64,000 nt of DNA from NCBI GenBank assembly GCA_963748215.1, contig CAVVHS010000008.1, positions 448,001-512,000 on the forward strand, read 5' to 3'. This DNA is from an uncultured Gammaproteobacteria bacterium (GTDB taxonomy: Bacteria > Pseudomonadota > Gammaproteobacteria > UBA9214). The notes below the pieces were generated by a model. The model was not told the origin of the DNA. It worked only from the letters and a program-made list of their open reading frames with translations, and made no database searches. A program made the translations under genes and the position numbers. Shown piece after piece: positions 1 through 10,277 of the stretch (the first letter of the stretch is position 1; every line of letters starts with the position of its first letter).

Positions 1-1
1 T

Positions 2-133
2 AAGGCCGTCACTATTATAGTCCTGCAGATCCAAGGAGATGATCGGATCGGCTGTGGCAACGGTAGCTGTCAGTGCGCCGATTGTTAACGCAAGCGCTTT
101 TGCAAAGCAGTTTTTATGATGGATGTGATTCAT
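2..133 (-). CDS. Secreted protein, 5' part only (runs off the window edge)
   Basis: Manual translation MNHIHHKNCFAKALALTIGALTATVATADPIISLDLQDYNSDGL: signal-peptide-like N-terminus, co-oriented just downstream of the FadL-like gene. Not in the ORF track. Confidence 0.55.
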   Translation of the reverse strand, partial: MNHIHHKNCFAKALALTIGALTATVATADPIISLDLQDYNSDGL

Positions 134-180
134 GATATCAAACCTGTTCGTTAGTTATCGGCAGACATGGCCGCACGTTA

Positions 181-1518
181 TTACATTTTGAAAGTGAACG
201 AGACCTCTGCCGAGTTCTGTTCCATTTCCAGCGCCATATCACCCGGCCCGGTCTCGGTAGCATTCGGGAAGAAATTATCGAATTGACCGCCTGAATTCGC
301 GACACCGGATTCCTTGTTCTGTAATGCATGGACAAATGTAAACGTCCATTCAAGCTTCTTGTCAGGCCGGTAGGTAATGCCCGCTGTTATATGCTTTTCG
401 GTAACAGCCGGTGCAATGGCACTGAACAGAAGCTGGTCAGACGGCATTGGCGCTTTGCCGTAATTAAAGCCGAGCATGAGATCAAATTTCGGGCTGTACT
501 GATAAAGGAGCCCCAGCTTGTAGATATCCTGGTCTTCCCAGCCAAAACCGGCTCCGCCATCCGCGCCGAGAAAGCCTGCAGGGGTGGTGAAGACCTCAAT
601 CGGCGTACCGATTGCCGCAACATCACTGTAATAAACACGCTGCCAGTCGAAGGCAAGCACCAGATTATCACTAAGATCCAGCGACAGTCCCAGACCTATG
701 TTTTGAGGGTTATCCATATTGCCCTGTTCGGCAAACGTACCTTTATACTTGTCAAATTCAGTAAAATATATTTTCGATGTGTAAGCAGCGCCCACTCGCA
801 ACCAGTCTGTCAGTTCGCCCTGCCATCCGAGCCTCAGGCCGGCGCCATATGCCCAGTCATTACCCTTGTTGGACAGGTTGTCAGGAAATGCGCTGAACGG
901 CTTGAATACGCCCAGACCAAATGCCCTGAAAGTCTGGATACCAATTACGGGCGATACAGCAACGGTGTGACGCTTGTTCAACATGTAGGCTACGGTCATC
1001 GCCATCTGTGCCTGCGCGAAATTCATGCCAAGAGTGTCACCAACATCGGTACGACCTGCCGGGTTGAAAAAGTTAAAACCCAGCGGGCTGAGGCGGGTAT
1101 ACCGGGTACCACCGCCGCCGGCACCGACAAAACTGAAACCCATATAGATTTTTCGATTAAATTTGTAGACAGCACCCATTGCCGGTATCAGAAACTGGTC
1201 CGCTTTGCTGTCGTACTCAATCGGGTTTCCGGCATTGGGTGCCGGACGCGGATCAGGAATGGTCACAGTCGCTTTCGGTGCGAAGTACATCATGCTCAGA
1301 TCGAGACGCATTGCACCAGGGATATCAATACTGGTGATGCCAGCAGGGTTCAACTGATTGGCAATAGCGTCGGGTGTATAACCTATACCGACGCCACCCA
1401 TCGCCCGGGATTTTGCACCGAAGCCAATAAGGTAGATGCCATTTGTTGCAAAGGAAGGAGCTGATAAAACCAGTAATACGAGCGAAACAAACAGTTTGGG
1501 CGAGTATCTATTAAACAT
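181..1518 (-). CDS. OMPP1/FadL/TodX family outer-membrane transport beta-barrel
   Basis: Signal peptide followed by ATNG..LIGFGAKSRAMGG..NPAG, the FadL-family N-terminus; C-terminal beta strand. GGAGGAG RBS upstream of the ATG at 1518. Confidence 0.88.
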   Translation of the reverse strand: MFNRYSPKLFVSLVLLVLSAPSFATNGIYLIGFGAKSRAMGGVGIGYTPDAIANQLNPAGITSIDIPGAMRLDLSMMYFAPKATVTIPDPRPAPNAGNPIEYDSKADQFLIPAMGAVYKFNRKIYMGFSFVGAGGGGTRYTRLSPLGFNFFNPAGRTDVGDTLGMNFAQAQMAMTVAYMLNKRHTVAVSPVIGIQTFRAFGLGVFKPFSAFPDNLSNKGNDWAYGAGLRLGWQGELTDWLRVGAAYTSKIYFTEFDKYKGTFAEQGNMDNPQNIGLGLSLDLSDNLVLAFDWQRVYYSDVAAIGTPIEVFTTPAGFLGADGGAGFGWEDQDIYKLGLLYQYSPKFDLMLGFNYGKAPMPSDQLLFSAIAPAVTEKHITAGITYRPDKKLEWTFTFVHALQNKESGVANSGGQFDNFFPNATETGPGDMALEMEQNSAEVSFTFKM

Positions 1519-2787
1519 CAAACTCCTCCAGAACATGGCATTGAAATGCACTTAGTTATTGCGGCCTGTCCGTATGGTTCGCACATCAAGGTACGAATCA
1601 GCCTATAAGAAAATACGATTACGATACCGAACAGTTGTTAACTCCAGGAAAATCTTGTTTATTGCCAATTTTGTTAAATTTTTCTTGGCTGAGCTATTAA
1701 CCATGCCCCGCCGCGGCTAACTTGTCTTGCTTTATATGTTTTTATATAAAAATTTGTCAACCAATCCATTCAAGATTCTGGTTCGACTAGCAATCTTTAT
1801 GCTACTTGCAAATGACAAATATTAAACCTCCCCTTGGAAAGGGCGGATACAAAAGAGTGTATGTTAATATAAAACAGTTTGTGCGGCGAGTAATTTTTTA
1901 GATGCTCCTGTACACACCGCCGCTTCTGGCTGATCGAGATCGATACAAATACGGCTGTACGGACAGCTCCGAAAACGAACGCCCGACAGCTTCGACACCT
2001 GCTTAATATGTCCTCGAAATAATCATTATAATCAGCCAGATACCCCGGCTGGCGATGACTGATAGAAAACTTCGAGGATTTGGCCATGCGATATTGATCG
2101 GAAATTGACTACAGCCTTGCTATGCCTCTCGTGTCTCCCACGCGAGTCTGATGCGCCGCATCCATGGGACTGCGCAGACACTAACAGCACCCTCCCCTAA
2201 CGTTTTGCACAGTGGGCCCACGCCTTGCTTGCTGAAGATGACCGTATAGCCGTGCACATTCATCAAGGGAACAAATCCATCCAGACCACGTCAACCGGCG
2301 TGGATGGGTTCAGGAGCTATCACGAGCCTGACATGCCCTTTATCGTTAAACACACCAGCCCGAGCACCGTTCTTTCGCGATACATTCTTCCTACTGCCAC
2401 AATTATGTCGATGAGAATCTGAAGCCTCGCTCTCGAAGCCATTCTCACGAACCATGACAAGAAAATGAGGACCTGATACCCTTGCTCCCGGAGCATCTCT
2501 CACGGGCAATGACAATAAATGGGAAAGTCTTATAACAGCATATTCAGGTACTTGTTTCATTGTACACATACGATTTATCAAGAATCTATTTGACTGGTGG
2601 GCCTGCAATTGCCCCATGAGTAACAATCGATTGACCGCACAGCCCCAACGCATCTCTGCAGATGTTAACGGAAAACTACAAACATGCTGCATGTCACTTC
2701 CATTCTGCCCCGATTTGTTGGAAAGTATCACTCGAGTTATCATTCTTGACGCCTTGTTAACTGCACAGAAATAAAAGGTATATTTTA

Positions 2788-3369
2788 ATGACATCCCACA
2801 AAGCCCGTCTTTCTCTCGCAGCGTTGCTTTTCATGAGCCTTGTAAATGCACTTGCGGCAGGCGGCGGAGCAGACAGCGAGGGCGATGCTTACAAGATCCA
2901 ACCCGGAGATATGCTGGAAATCTCGGTCTGGAAGGAAGAAGACCTGATCAAGCAGGTACTGGTTCGCCCGGATGGGGGGATCTCGTTTCCCCTGGCCGGC
3001 GATCTGCAGGCGGCCGGCAAATCGATTAGCCGAATTGCAGAGCTCTGATCACCGAGCGGCTTGAGAAGTACATTCCCGATCCACTGTGCTACTGTTGCCG
3101 TCCTTAAACTGGACGGCAACAAGGTGTATGTCATCGGCAAGGTAAACAGACCAGGCGAATTTATCGCCAACCGGTATCTGGATGTGGTGCAGGCACTAAG
3201 TATGGCAGGTGGTATGACACCGTACGCAGCCGCCAACAAGATCTCGATCCTGCGCCGCACCGACGGCAAGCAGACCTCGATACCCTTCCGCTATGGCGAC
3301 ATCGAGAAAGGGGAAGACCTGCAGCAGAACATCATTCTGCAGAGCGGGGACGTGGTGCTGGTTCCCTGA
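2788..3369 (+). pseudogene. Polysaccharide export protein (Wza/OPX-like, Poly_export + SLBB), interrupted as sequenced
   Basis: YKIQPGDMLEISVWKEEDL..VRPDGGISFPLAG and VYVIGKVNRPG..LSMAGG..LQSGDVVLVP lie in the same frame; about three extra bases at ~3025-3085 scramble SIAELQSLITERLEKYIPDP. Possibly a sequence error. Confidence 0.8.
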
Positions 3370-3596
3370 TGTGGGACGTAAGCAGCGAATAGTGAAAAAC
3401 ATAATGGCCACAGAAGCACACGGAATTACCCGGAATAATAAGAAACTTCATTATTGAATTCCTCGCCGTGTCACCCCCTCGGAGGTAATGGATTGATTCC
3501 GGGATTATCGCTTTCGCAGGCATGGCAACTGTATTATGCTTCTGACATGCCCCGGTTATTACAGAACCTCCTGATTATCAACGGAATCAACGTCTG

Positions 3597-4804
3597 ATGC
3601 GTCTGCCGAAGAATCTGAACGGTGTGCTGGTCATGGCACTGGCCTTACCCATGTCGATTCAGGCTGCCGAGTGGTCAGCCGAACCCAGGGTGTCTCTGCG
3701 CGCCGGCTACAACGACAATATCCGCCTGACGACTGCCGATCACGATTCGGTCTGGGAGACCGCGCTCTCTCCTGCCGTGAAGTTCGGTGTTGCAAAGGAA
3801 CACCAGGGCCTGTCCGGCGACGCCGGCTTCGCGATTCGTCGCTTTACCGGCGGCAGCGGCCTTCAGAGCAGCGACATACTGGATCGCGAAGATTACCATC
3901 TGAACACCGATGCCTTTCACAACACCCTGCGTAACTCTTTCAAGGCCAACCTGGATTACACCCGCGACAGCACCCTGGATTCGGAACTGGACGAGACGGG
4001 CAACGTCATCCAGGATCGTGCCACACGCGAGCGACTGTCGCTGGGGCCGTCCTGGACAAGAACCCTGACTGAACTCACCCGCCTTGAACTGGCCTATGAC
4101 TACAGCAATGTTGAATACAGCGATGATCCCGGGGCCAATCTGGTGGACTATAAGTATCATGTCGCCTCTGCCTCATTGATACGCCAGCTGACCCCGCGCA
4201 TACAGGCCACGCTCGCAGCGGGGTACAGCAGCTATCGACCGGATACCGACTTTGATTCCGACACCTTGTCGCTGCAGGCCGGACTGTCGAGAAATTTCAG
4301 TGAAACAGTGGTGGCCTCATTTCTGGTAGGCCAGCGCCAGACGACTTCAGATTCGCTGACTACCGGTTTAGTAAAAACTGAAATTGAAACATCTGCCCCC
4401 GTATACTGCTGCCAGCATCACCAAGACGCTGGAGACCGGCTCGCTCGGCGCCAGCCTGTCGCGCTCGTCATCGCCCGGCGGCAACGGCGAACTGCTGGAT
4501 GCCACGCGCCTGGCGCTGACCGGCGACTACAAATTATCCGAGACTTTCAGCACGTCGTTGAGGATCGATTATACCGAGAACGAGACCATCGTCAGCGAGT
4601 GGAGTTGGCGCTGTGCTCAATCAGGACAAGGAGACCTTCTTTCGGGTCACCCCCCGGGCTTCGTGGCGCTGGCGACGTGAATGGGAGCTGGCAGGCGAGT
4701 ATCAATATGCCGAGAATGATGACCCCACCGCCGGGAAGGCAACACGCAACGCGGTGTATGCCACCCTGACCTACCGTCCGGTCAAGATTTCCGTGTCGCG
4801 GTAA
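3597..4804 (+). pseudogene. EPS-associated outer-membrane beta-barrel, two apparent +1 frameshifts
   Basis: Signal peptide and GYNDNI motif; beta-strand sequence continues through ORFs 4384..4680 and 4613..4804 after shifts near 4408 and 4600. Confidence 0.7.
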
Positions 4805-4864
4805 CGGCGAGGCAGGCAGTAGCCGATCGTTTCAATAGCCACGGAATTACAATTTATGACAGCC

Positions 4865-4885
4865 GTAGGGTGCGTTTTACGCACC
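4865..4885 (+). repeat. Solitary GTAG-type REP (GTAG-GGTGCGTTTTACGCACC)
   Basis: GTAG plus a perfect 7-bp stem; an inverted copy sits at 5362-5382; 19 related copies counted between 4865 and 28170. Confidence 0.8.
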
Positions 4886-5412
4886 GGATTCAGCGAACTG
4901 ACCGGACCCTACAAAAAATCGCCCCGGAAAACACGCTGGCTGATCTCCACGGCAAGAGCGTAGACAGGGAGTCCCGCGATACACAGGTCATGTCCTGATG
5001 GCGCCTTGCGCACAAGCCACGGGATCTCGAATAGTCAGATAAAAATATCTCATGTTATTCAATAATATATAACTTACACTCGTTGCATGCCGGCGATAGA
5101 TTGAAGGACCTGCGGACGCTGCCGGTAACAGGTACCGGGAACCGAATTTTCATTGTTACTGCAGCGGCCGGTTACGCCCCTGGTGACTACTGGCAGCCGA
5201 CCTAGTACCAAAATACTATGTCGCACGTTTATATTTTCAAATATATTGAAAAGCAAGCTGTACATTTAGGAGCATCTGATTGATACCATCATTCCAGCCC
5301 ATCGCCGAGACTCGCGTACCCTCGCGACGCGGGTGTCCGGGAGTGTCTGTGCTCCGCTGCCGGTGCGTGAAACGCACCCTACATCTGGGATTCGATAGCA
5401 AAAAGGTACTGT

Positions 5413-7167
5413 ATGACTGAACTCGCACTCGAACAGACACTGGATTTTGGCGATTACCTGGCCGCGTTCCGGCGCAGGCGCGGCATGATCCTGCTGGTCG
5501 CCGGCATCGTCTTCCTGCTGGGTCTGATTACGGCACTGGTCTGGCCGCCGACCTACCAGGCCTCCGCCACCATCCTGATCGAGGAACAGGAGATCCCCAC
5601 CGATCTGATCCAGTCGACGGTAACCAGCTACGCCTCCCAGCGCATTCAGGTCATCAGTCAGCGCGTCATGTCGCGTACCAACCTGCTCCAGGTCATCGAG
5701 AAATATGACCTCTATGAACGGGAGCGTCGCCTGAACACGATCGAGGATGTTCTGAACGACATGCGGGACGACATCAGCATCGACATGATCAACGCAGATG
5801 TCATGGACCCGCGCACCGGGCGCCCGACCGCCGCCACCATCGCCTTCACCCTGGGCTTTGCCAGTGAAAGTCCTCAGCAGGCCCTCAAGGTCGCCAACGA
5901 ACTGACCACGCTGTACCTGGACGAGAACCTGAAATCACGCACCGAGAAGGCCGCGGAAACCTACGACTTCCTGTCCGTTGAATCGAGCCGGCTGAGCGAT
6001 GAAATCAGCCGCCTGGAAAAGGAACTGGCTGAATTCAAGGAACGCAATGTCAACACCCTGCCGGAACTGCGCGACCTGAATACCCAGATCCTGGAACGCA
6101 CGGAACGGGAAATTTCCGACCTCGATACCCAGGTCCGGACGCTGGAAGAGAGAAAGATCTACCTGCAGGGTCAGCTTGGCGTGCTGGATCCGTATGGCAG
6201 CAGTGGCAATGTATTGAGTTCTTCGGCACGCCTGGAGGCGCTGCGCACGGAATATGTCGGGCTGGCCAGCCGCTATTCGCCGGACCACCCGGACGTCACC
6301 CGGATCAAGCGCGAGATCCGGGGACTGGAACAGGAAACCGGGCAGGGCGCCTCGGTAAATGACCTGCAGGCCCAGTTGCGGACCCTGCGCGATGACCTGG
6401 CAACGGCCAAACAGACCTACACCGCCGAACACCCGGACGTAAAAAGCCTGACCCGGCAGATCGCCAGGCTGGAAGCCGAGATCAAAGAGGTCTCATCCTC
6501 GCGAGGCTCAAACCTGCCAACCGCCACGCCCGACAACCCGGCCTATGTCAGCCTGAGTTCCCAACTGGCGGCGGCCGACACGGAAATACGCTCCCTGCGC
6601 ACCAAGCGCGCCCAGCTCATGGACAAGGTGGCGCAATACGAAAACCGGCTGTTACAGACGCCCAAGTCCGAGCAGGAATACCAGGGGCTGGCGCGTGACC
6701 TGGAAAACTCCACCCGGCGCTACCAGGAAATCCGGGCCAAGCAGATGACGGCGGAAGTGGCCCAGCAAATGGAGAAGGAACGCAAGGGCGAGAAATTCAC
6801 CCTGATCGATCCCGCCATCCTGCCGGAAGAACCCATCAGCCCGAATCGGGGCGCCATCATCTTTCTCAGCCTGGTACTGGCCCTGGGCGCGGGTGTGGGC
6901 TCCGCGGCCATCAGCGAAAGCCTGGACAACGCCGTGCGTGGCGTGAAGGGTGTTATTACCCTGCTGCATACCGCGCCGCTGGCCGTTGTCCCGTACCTGA
7001 CCAGCGCGGCGGAAAACAGTGTGCAAAAACGACGGCGTTACCTGTTGTTCGGTTCGATAGCGGCCGGGGTCATTATCCTGCTGTTACTGGTCCACTTCCT
7101 GGTGTCGCCGCTGGACGTGATGTGGTTCAGGGGCTTGCGCAAGATCGATCAGCTGGTCGGCGAATGA
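5413..7167 (+). CDS. Polysaccharide chain-length determinant (Wzz/GumC; periplasmic half of Wzc)
   Basis: N-terminal TM + PPTYQASATILIE, long coiled coil, YSPDHPDV and YTAEHPDV motifs, FTLIDPAILPEEPISPNR, C-terminal TMs. Confidence 0.9.
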   Translation: MTELALEQTLDFGDYLAAFRRRRGMILLVAGIVFLLGLITALVWPPTYQASATILIEEQEIPTDLIQSTVTSYASQRIQVISQRVMSRTNLLQVIEKYDLYERERRLNTIEDVLNDMRDDISIDMINADVMDPRTGRPTAATIAFTLGFASESPQQALKVANELTTLYLDENLKSRTEKAAETYDFLSVESSRLSDEISRLEKELAEFKERNVNTLPELRDLNTQILERTEREISDLDTQVRTLEERKIYLQGQLGVLDPYGSSGNVLSSSARLEALRTEYVGLASRYSPDHPDVTRIKREIRGLEQETGQGASVNDLQAQLRTLRDDLATAKQTYTAEHPDVKSLTRQIARLEAEIKEVSSSRGSNLPTATPDNPAYVSLSSQLAAADTEIRSLRTKRAQLMDKVAQYENRLLQTPKSEQEYQGLARDLENSTRRYQEIRAKQMTAEVAQQMEKERKGEKFTLIDPAILPEEPISPNRGAIIFLSLVLALGAGVGSAAISESLDNAVRGVKGVITLLHTAPLAVVPYLTSAAENSVQKRRRYLLFGSIAAGVIILLLLVHFLVSPLDVMWFRGLRKIDQLVGE

Positions 7168-7648
7168 GCGCCGGCTTGTCTGCCGGCCTTTCCGGAAGGA
7201 TGGACGCGACCTGCCTGTACAGACTGGCAAAACGATTCAGGCGGTCCGGCATCCGGGTACCGCACGGAGGTAACACCGTGTTACCTTGTCATACCGGGCG
7301 GAGCACAGCGCAAACCCGGAATCCCGTTTTCGATAATGAATTTTCCGGATCCCCAGGTCGCTACCGGCATGCCCAGGCCAGCCTCAAGACAGGTGCCCGG
7401 TCTCATCATCCCCCTGAACAGCGTGTACCGGTCTGGCACGATGGCAGATATCAGCCTCCATAACCCCTTGATATTTAGGTTTACCGGGACATTACCGATA
7501 GTAATTTACCGAACCATCCGGCGAGCGAGGCATCACCTCAGCGCCCGACGGCTCACTGTCAATCTGTACCAAGGGACAATTCCCAAGACCCTACCTGCTG
7601 AAATATAAAGGCTTTATACTCTCGGCTGGCATACTGGAAGACGCAAGC

Positions 7649-8446
7649 ATGGAACGTATCAAACAGGCACTTGAAAAGGCCCGGCAGGAACGCCAGATCA
7701 GGCAAGGTGACGACATCATCCCGCCGGCACCGCCACGGCATGAGGCCGGTGCGGGGCAGGGCGAGGCGGTCACAGCACCCATCAGCCTGAATGAAACCGT
7801 ACTGCGCGAGCAGCGCATCATTGCCGGTATGCCGCCCAGCCCGTTCACCGAGGCCTACAACCTGCTGCGCACCCGCATTCTGCAGATATTCAAGGAACAC
7901 CGCTGGAACACCCTGGCGGTCACCAGTCCGGGGGTCAGCGCAGGCAAGACGCTGACCGCGATCAACCTGGCGATCAGTATCGCCCGGGAAGTCGATCACA
8001 CCGTGCTGCTGGTCGACGCCAACCTGCAACAGCCGGACTTGCTGGAGCACTTCGGTTTGCCACAGCGCAAGGGACTGAGTGATTACCTGACCGAGGACGT
8101 ACCCATCACGGAACTGCTGTTCAAACCTGGCATCCTCAATCGCCTGGTGGTGCTGCCCGGCGGCCGGCCGCTGGCCAATTCCTCCGAAATGCTCAGTTCA
8201 CCCAGAATGGGCCAGCTGGTCGCGGAAATGAAATCGCGCTATCCAGGCCGCATCGTCATTTTCGACCTGCCGCCGCTGCTGACTTCATCGGACACGCTGG
8301 CCTTCGCACCGCACGTGGACGCCGCGCTGCTGGTCGTCGAGGAAGGCGTGACCCAAAAAGACGAACTGCAACAGGCCGTCGATCTGCTGAGTGTCACCAA
8401 CATCGTCGGCACCGTCCTTAACAAGGCGGATGGCAATCTCGCCTGA
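7649..8446 (+). CDS. CpsD/CapB-family polysaccharide tyrosine autokinase
   Basis: MERIKQALEKAR start, EAYNLLRT, Walker A TSPGVSAGKT, VLLVDANL, IFDLPPLL, GTVLNKA. Confidence 0.9.
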   Translation: MERIKQALEKARQERQIRQGDDIIPPAPPRHEAGAGQGEAVTAPISLNETVLREQRIIAGMPPSPFTEAYNLLRTRILQIFKEHRWNTLAVTSPGVSAGKTLTAINLAISIAREVDHTVLLVDANLQQPDLLEHFGLPQRKGLSDYLTEDVPITELLFKPGILNRLVVLPGGRPLANSSEMLSSPRMGQLVAEMKSRYPGRIVIFDLPPLLTSSDTLAFAPHVDAALLVVEEGVTQKDELQQAVDLLSVTNIVGTVLNKADGNLA

Positions 8447-8459
8447 CACTGACGCCACG

Positions 8460-9899
8460 ATGTACGAAGCCTTCTACAGACTCAAGGAAAAGCCCTTCAC
8501 CCTGCTGCCGGACCCGGGCTTCCTGTATCCCAGCAAGCAGCACCGCATGGCCATGACGCTGCTGGAGTACGGCCTGATGAACCAGGCGGGCTTCACCGTC
8601 ATCAGCGGCGAGATCGGCGCCGGCAAGACCACGCTGATCCGCCACCTGCTCAACAACATGGGCCAGGAATATACCATCGGCCTGATCACGAACACCCATC
8701 GCTCGTTCGGCGAGCTGCTGCAATGGATCCTGCTGGCCTTCAACATCGATCACAAGGGCCTGACCAAGGTCGAGATGCACCAGCGCTTCGTGGAGTTCAT
8801 CATCGACGAGTATGCGCAGAACCGGCGCACTGTGCTGATTGTCGACGAGGCACAGAACATGGATGCGGAAACACTGGAAGAGCTGCGCATGCTCTCCAAC
8901 ATCAATGCGGACAAGGACCTGTCGCTCCAGGTGGTGCTGTCAGGGCAGCGTGAGCTGCGCGAGACGCTGCGCCGTCCCGACCTGGTGCAGTTCGCCCAGC
9001 GCATTACGGTTGACTACCACCTGGAACCCCTGTCGGAAAGCGATACGGCCGGTTACATTCGCCACCGCCTGCAGGTCGCAGGCGGCGACCCGGACACTTT
9101 CACTCCCCGGGCCTGTGCGGCCATACACCGTTACAGCAACGGCATACCGCGGTTGATCAACCTGCTGTGCGATACCGCGCTGGTGTATGGCTATGCCGAC
9201 CAGAAGACACGCATCGATGCGAAGCTGGTCGCCGATGTCGCACGCGAAAAACAGCAGGGTGGCATCTTCCCGATGCATGTCCCTGCAGAGGCCAGCGAGG
9301 AAGACCTGGCCGACGAACAGGAAGTCGCCGCCGCAGCTGCGCAGCAGCCGCCCGCCGAACCCGCGACCCCGAAGACAGTCGTAGCAGAAGAACACCAGGA
9401 TGACTCGATGTCCGCACAGCCAGGACAGCCCGACACGGCAACCCCGCCTGCTGACGAACGCGGCGACAACCCGGCCGACACGACATACCGGGCTCAGGAC
9501 TACGCTGCCGTGGAGCCCTACGCTCAGCAGGCTAAAAAAAAACTTCGCCTCGCGGTGTGCGCCAGGGGAAAATCACGGCGTTTCTTGTCAGAACTGTTAG
9601 AAGACTATGGTTTTAAAATCGTCGACACCTTCTCGCCCGACGACGACCTGGTCGCGAAGCTGGACCCGCGCCTGGTCGATGTACTGCTGATCGACGCGCT
9701 GGAGGACGCACAGGATATCTCCCCCGCACTGAACGCCCTGCTCGCCTCATGGACCGGACCGGTCCTGTACAACGACGCCATTGGCACCCGGACCAGCCAG
9801 CTGCGCGGCAGAAAGGAAGCGCTCGGACGGGCACTCACGCAGCGCATCCATACACTCGCCGACCAGCGGATCCCCGACCCCACCGCGGTAAACCAGTAA
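8460..9899 (+). CDS. ExeA-family AAA ATPase (XrtA-system-associated type) with C-terminal receiver-like domain
   Basis: MYEAFYRLKEKPFTLLPDP, GEIGAGKT, LIVDEAQN, GIPRLINLLCD; acidic Pro/Ala linker; alpha/beta C-terminal domain. Confidence 0.88.
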   Translation: MYEAFYRLKEKPFTLLPDPGFLYPSKQHRMAMTLLEYGLMNQAGFTVISGEIGAGKTTLIRHLLNNMGQEYTIGLITNTHRSFGELLQWILLAFNIDHKGLTKVEMHQRFVEFIIDEYAQNRRTVLIVDEAQNMDAETLEELRMLSNINADKDLSLQVVLSGQRELRETLRRPDLVQFAQRITVDYHLEPLSESDTAGYIRHRLQVAGGDPDTFTPRACAAIHRYSNGIPRLINLLCDTALVYGYADQKTRIDAKLVADVAREKQQGGIFPMHVPAEASEEDLADEQEVAAAAAQQPPAEPATPKTVVAEEHQDDSMSAQPGQPDTATPPADERGDNPADTTYRAQDYAAVEPYAQQAKKKLRLAVCARGKSRRFLSELLEDYGFKIVDTFSPDDDLVAKLDPRLVDVLLIDALEDAQDISPALNALLASWTGPVLYNDAIGTRTSQLRGRKEALGRALTQRIHTLADQRIPDPTAVNQ

Positions 9900-10040
9900 C
9901 GCCGGGCACTGCTGTCCCGTTACCTGTATTGATATCCCGTAACGTCCTCTGCAAGAAACTCATTACCATGGTAATGAACCAACAGCTGGTGCTCCAGGCA
10001 GTGCAGGTCATGAGGAATCACTAGTCGAAGTAAAAGAGAA

Positions 10041-10243
10041 TTCCTTCCCCCTCCGGGACGACTGCATGGAGAAGGTGAGCCATTATTACGGGCATAGCCC
10101 GGGTCGAGAGGCTGGCCTGGGCCATGCCAGAGCCGAGAGCAATGCAGGAGCAATTGCCGGGAAGGCCAGGATGAGGGGATACAAAATCAATCAGTTATCC
10201 TATTATATCCCCTCTCCCCAACCCGCTTCCGTTGGGAGCGGGC
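10041..10243. repeat. CCCTCTCCC/GGGAGAGGG-like hairpin element carrying a ~102-bp insert (10059-10160)
   Basis: Removing 10059-10160 restores CCTTCCCCCTCCGGGAGAAGG. A GAGGGGATA..TATCCCCTC inverted repeat and a CCCGCTTCC..GGGAGCGGG hairpin follow. The insert core recurs at 11820 and 15464. Confidence 0.55.
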
Positions 10244-10277
10244 GTTAACGGAACAGCAGTGAAAACGGGTATTGGGC

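Noticed and set aside
2132-2149. Possible GlrR site TGTCTCCCACGCGAGTCT
   Set aside because: Two mismatches in the right half-site, and I found no linked -24/-12 promoter.
1797-2794. ORFs 1797..2087, 2225..2422 and 2291..2794 between the FadL-like gene and wza1
   Set aside because: No recognisable motifs and atypical composition; the region looks like an AT-rich divergent promoter gap.
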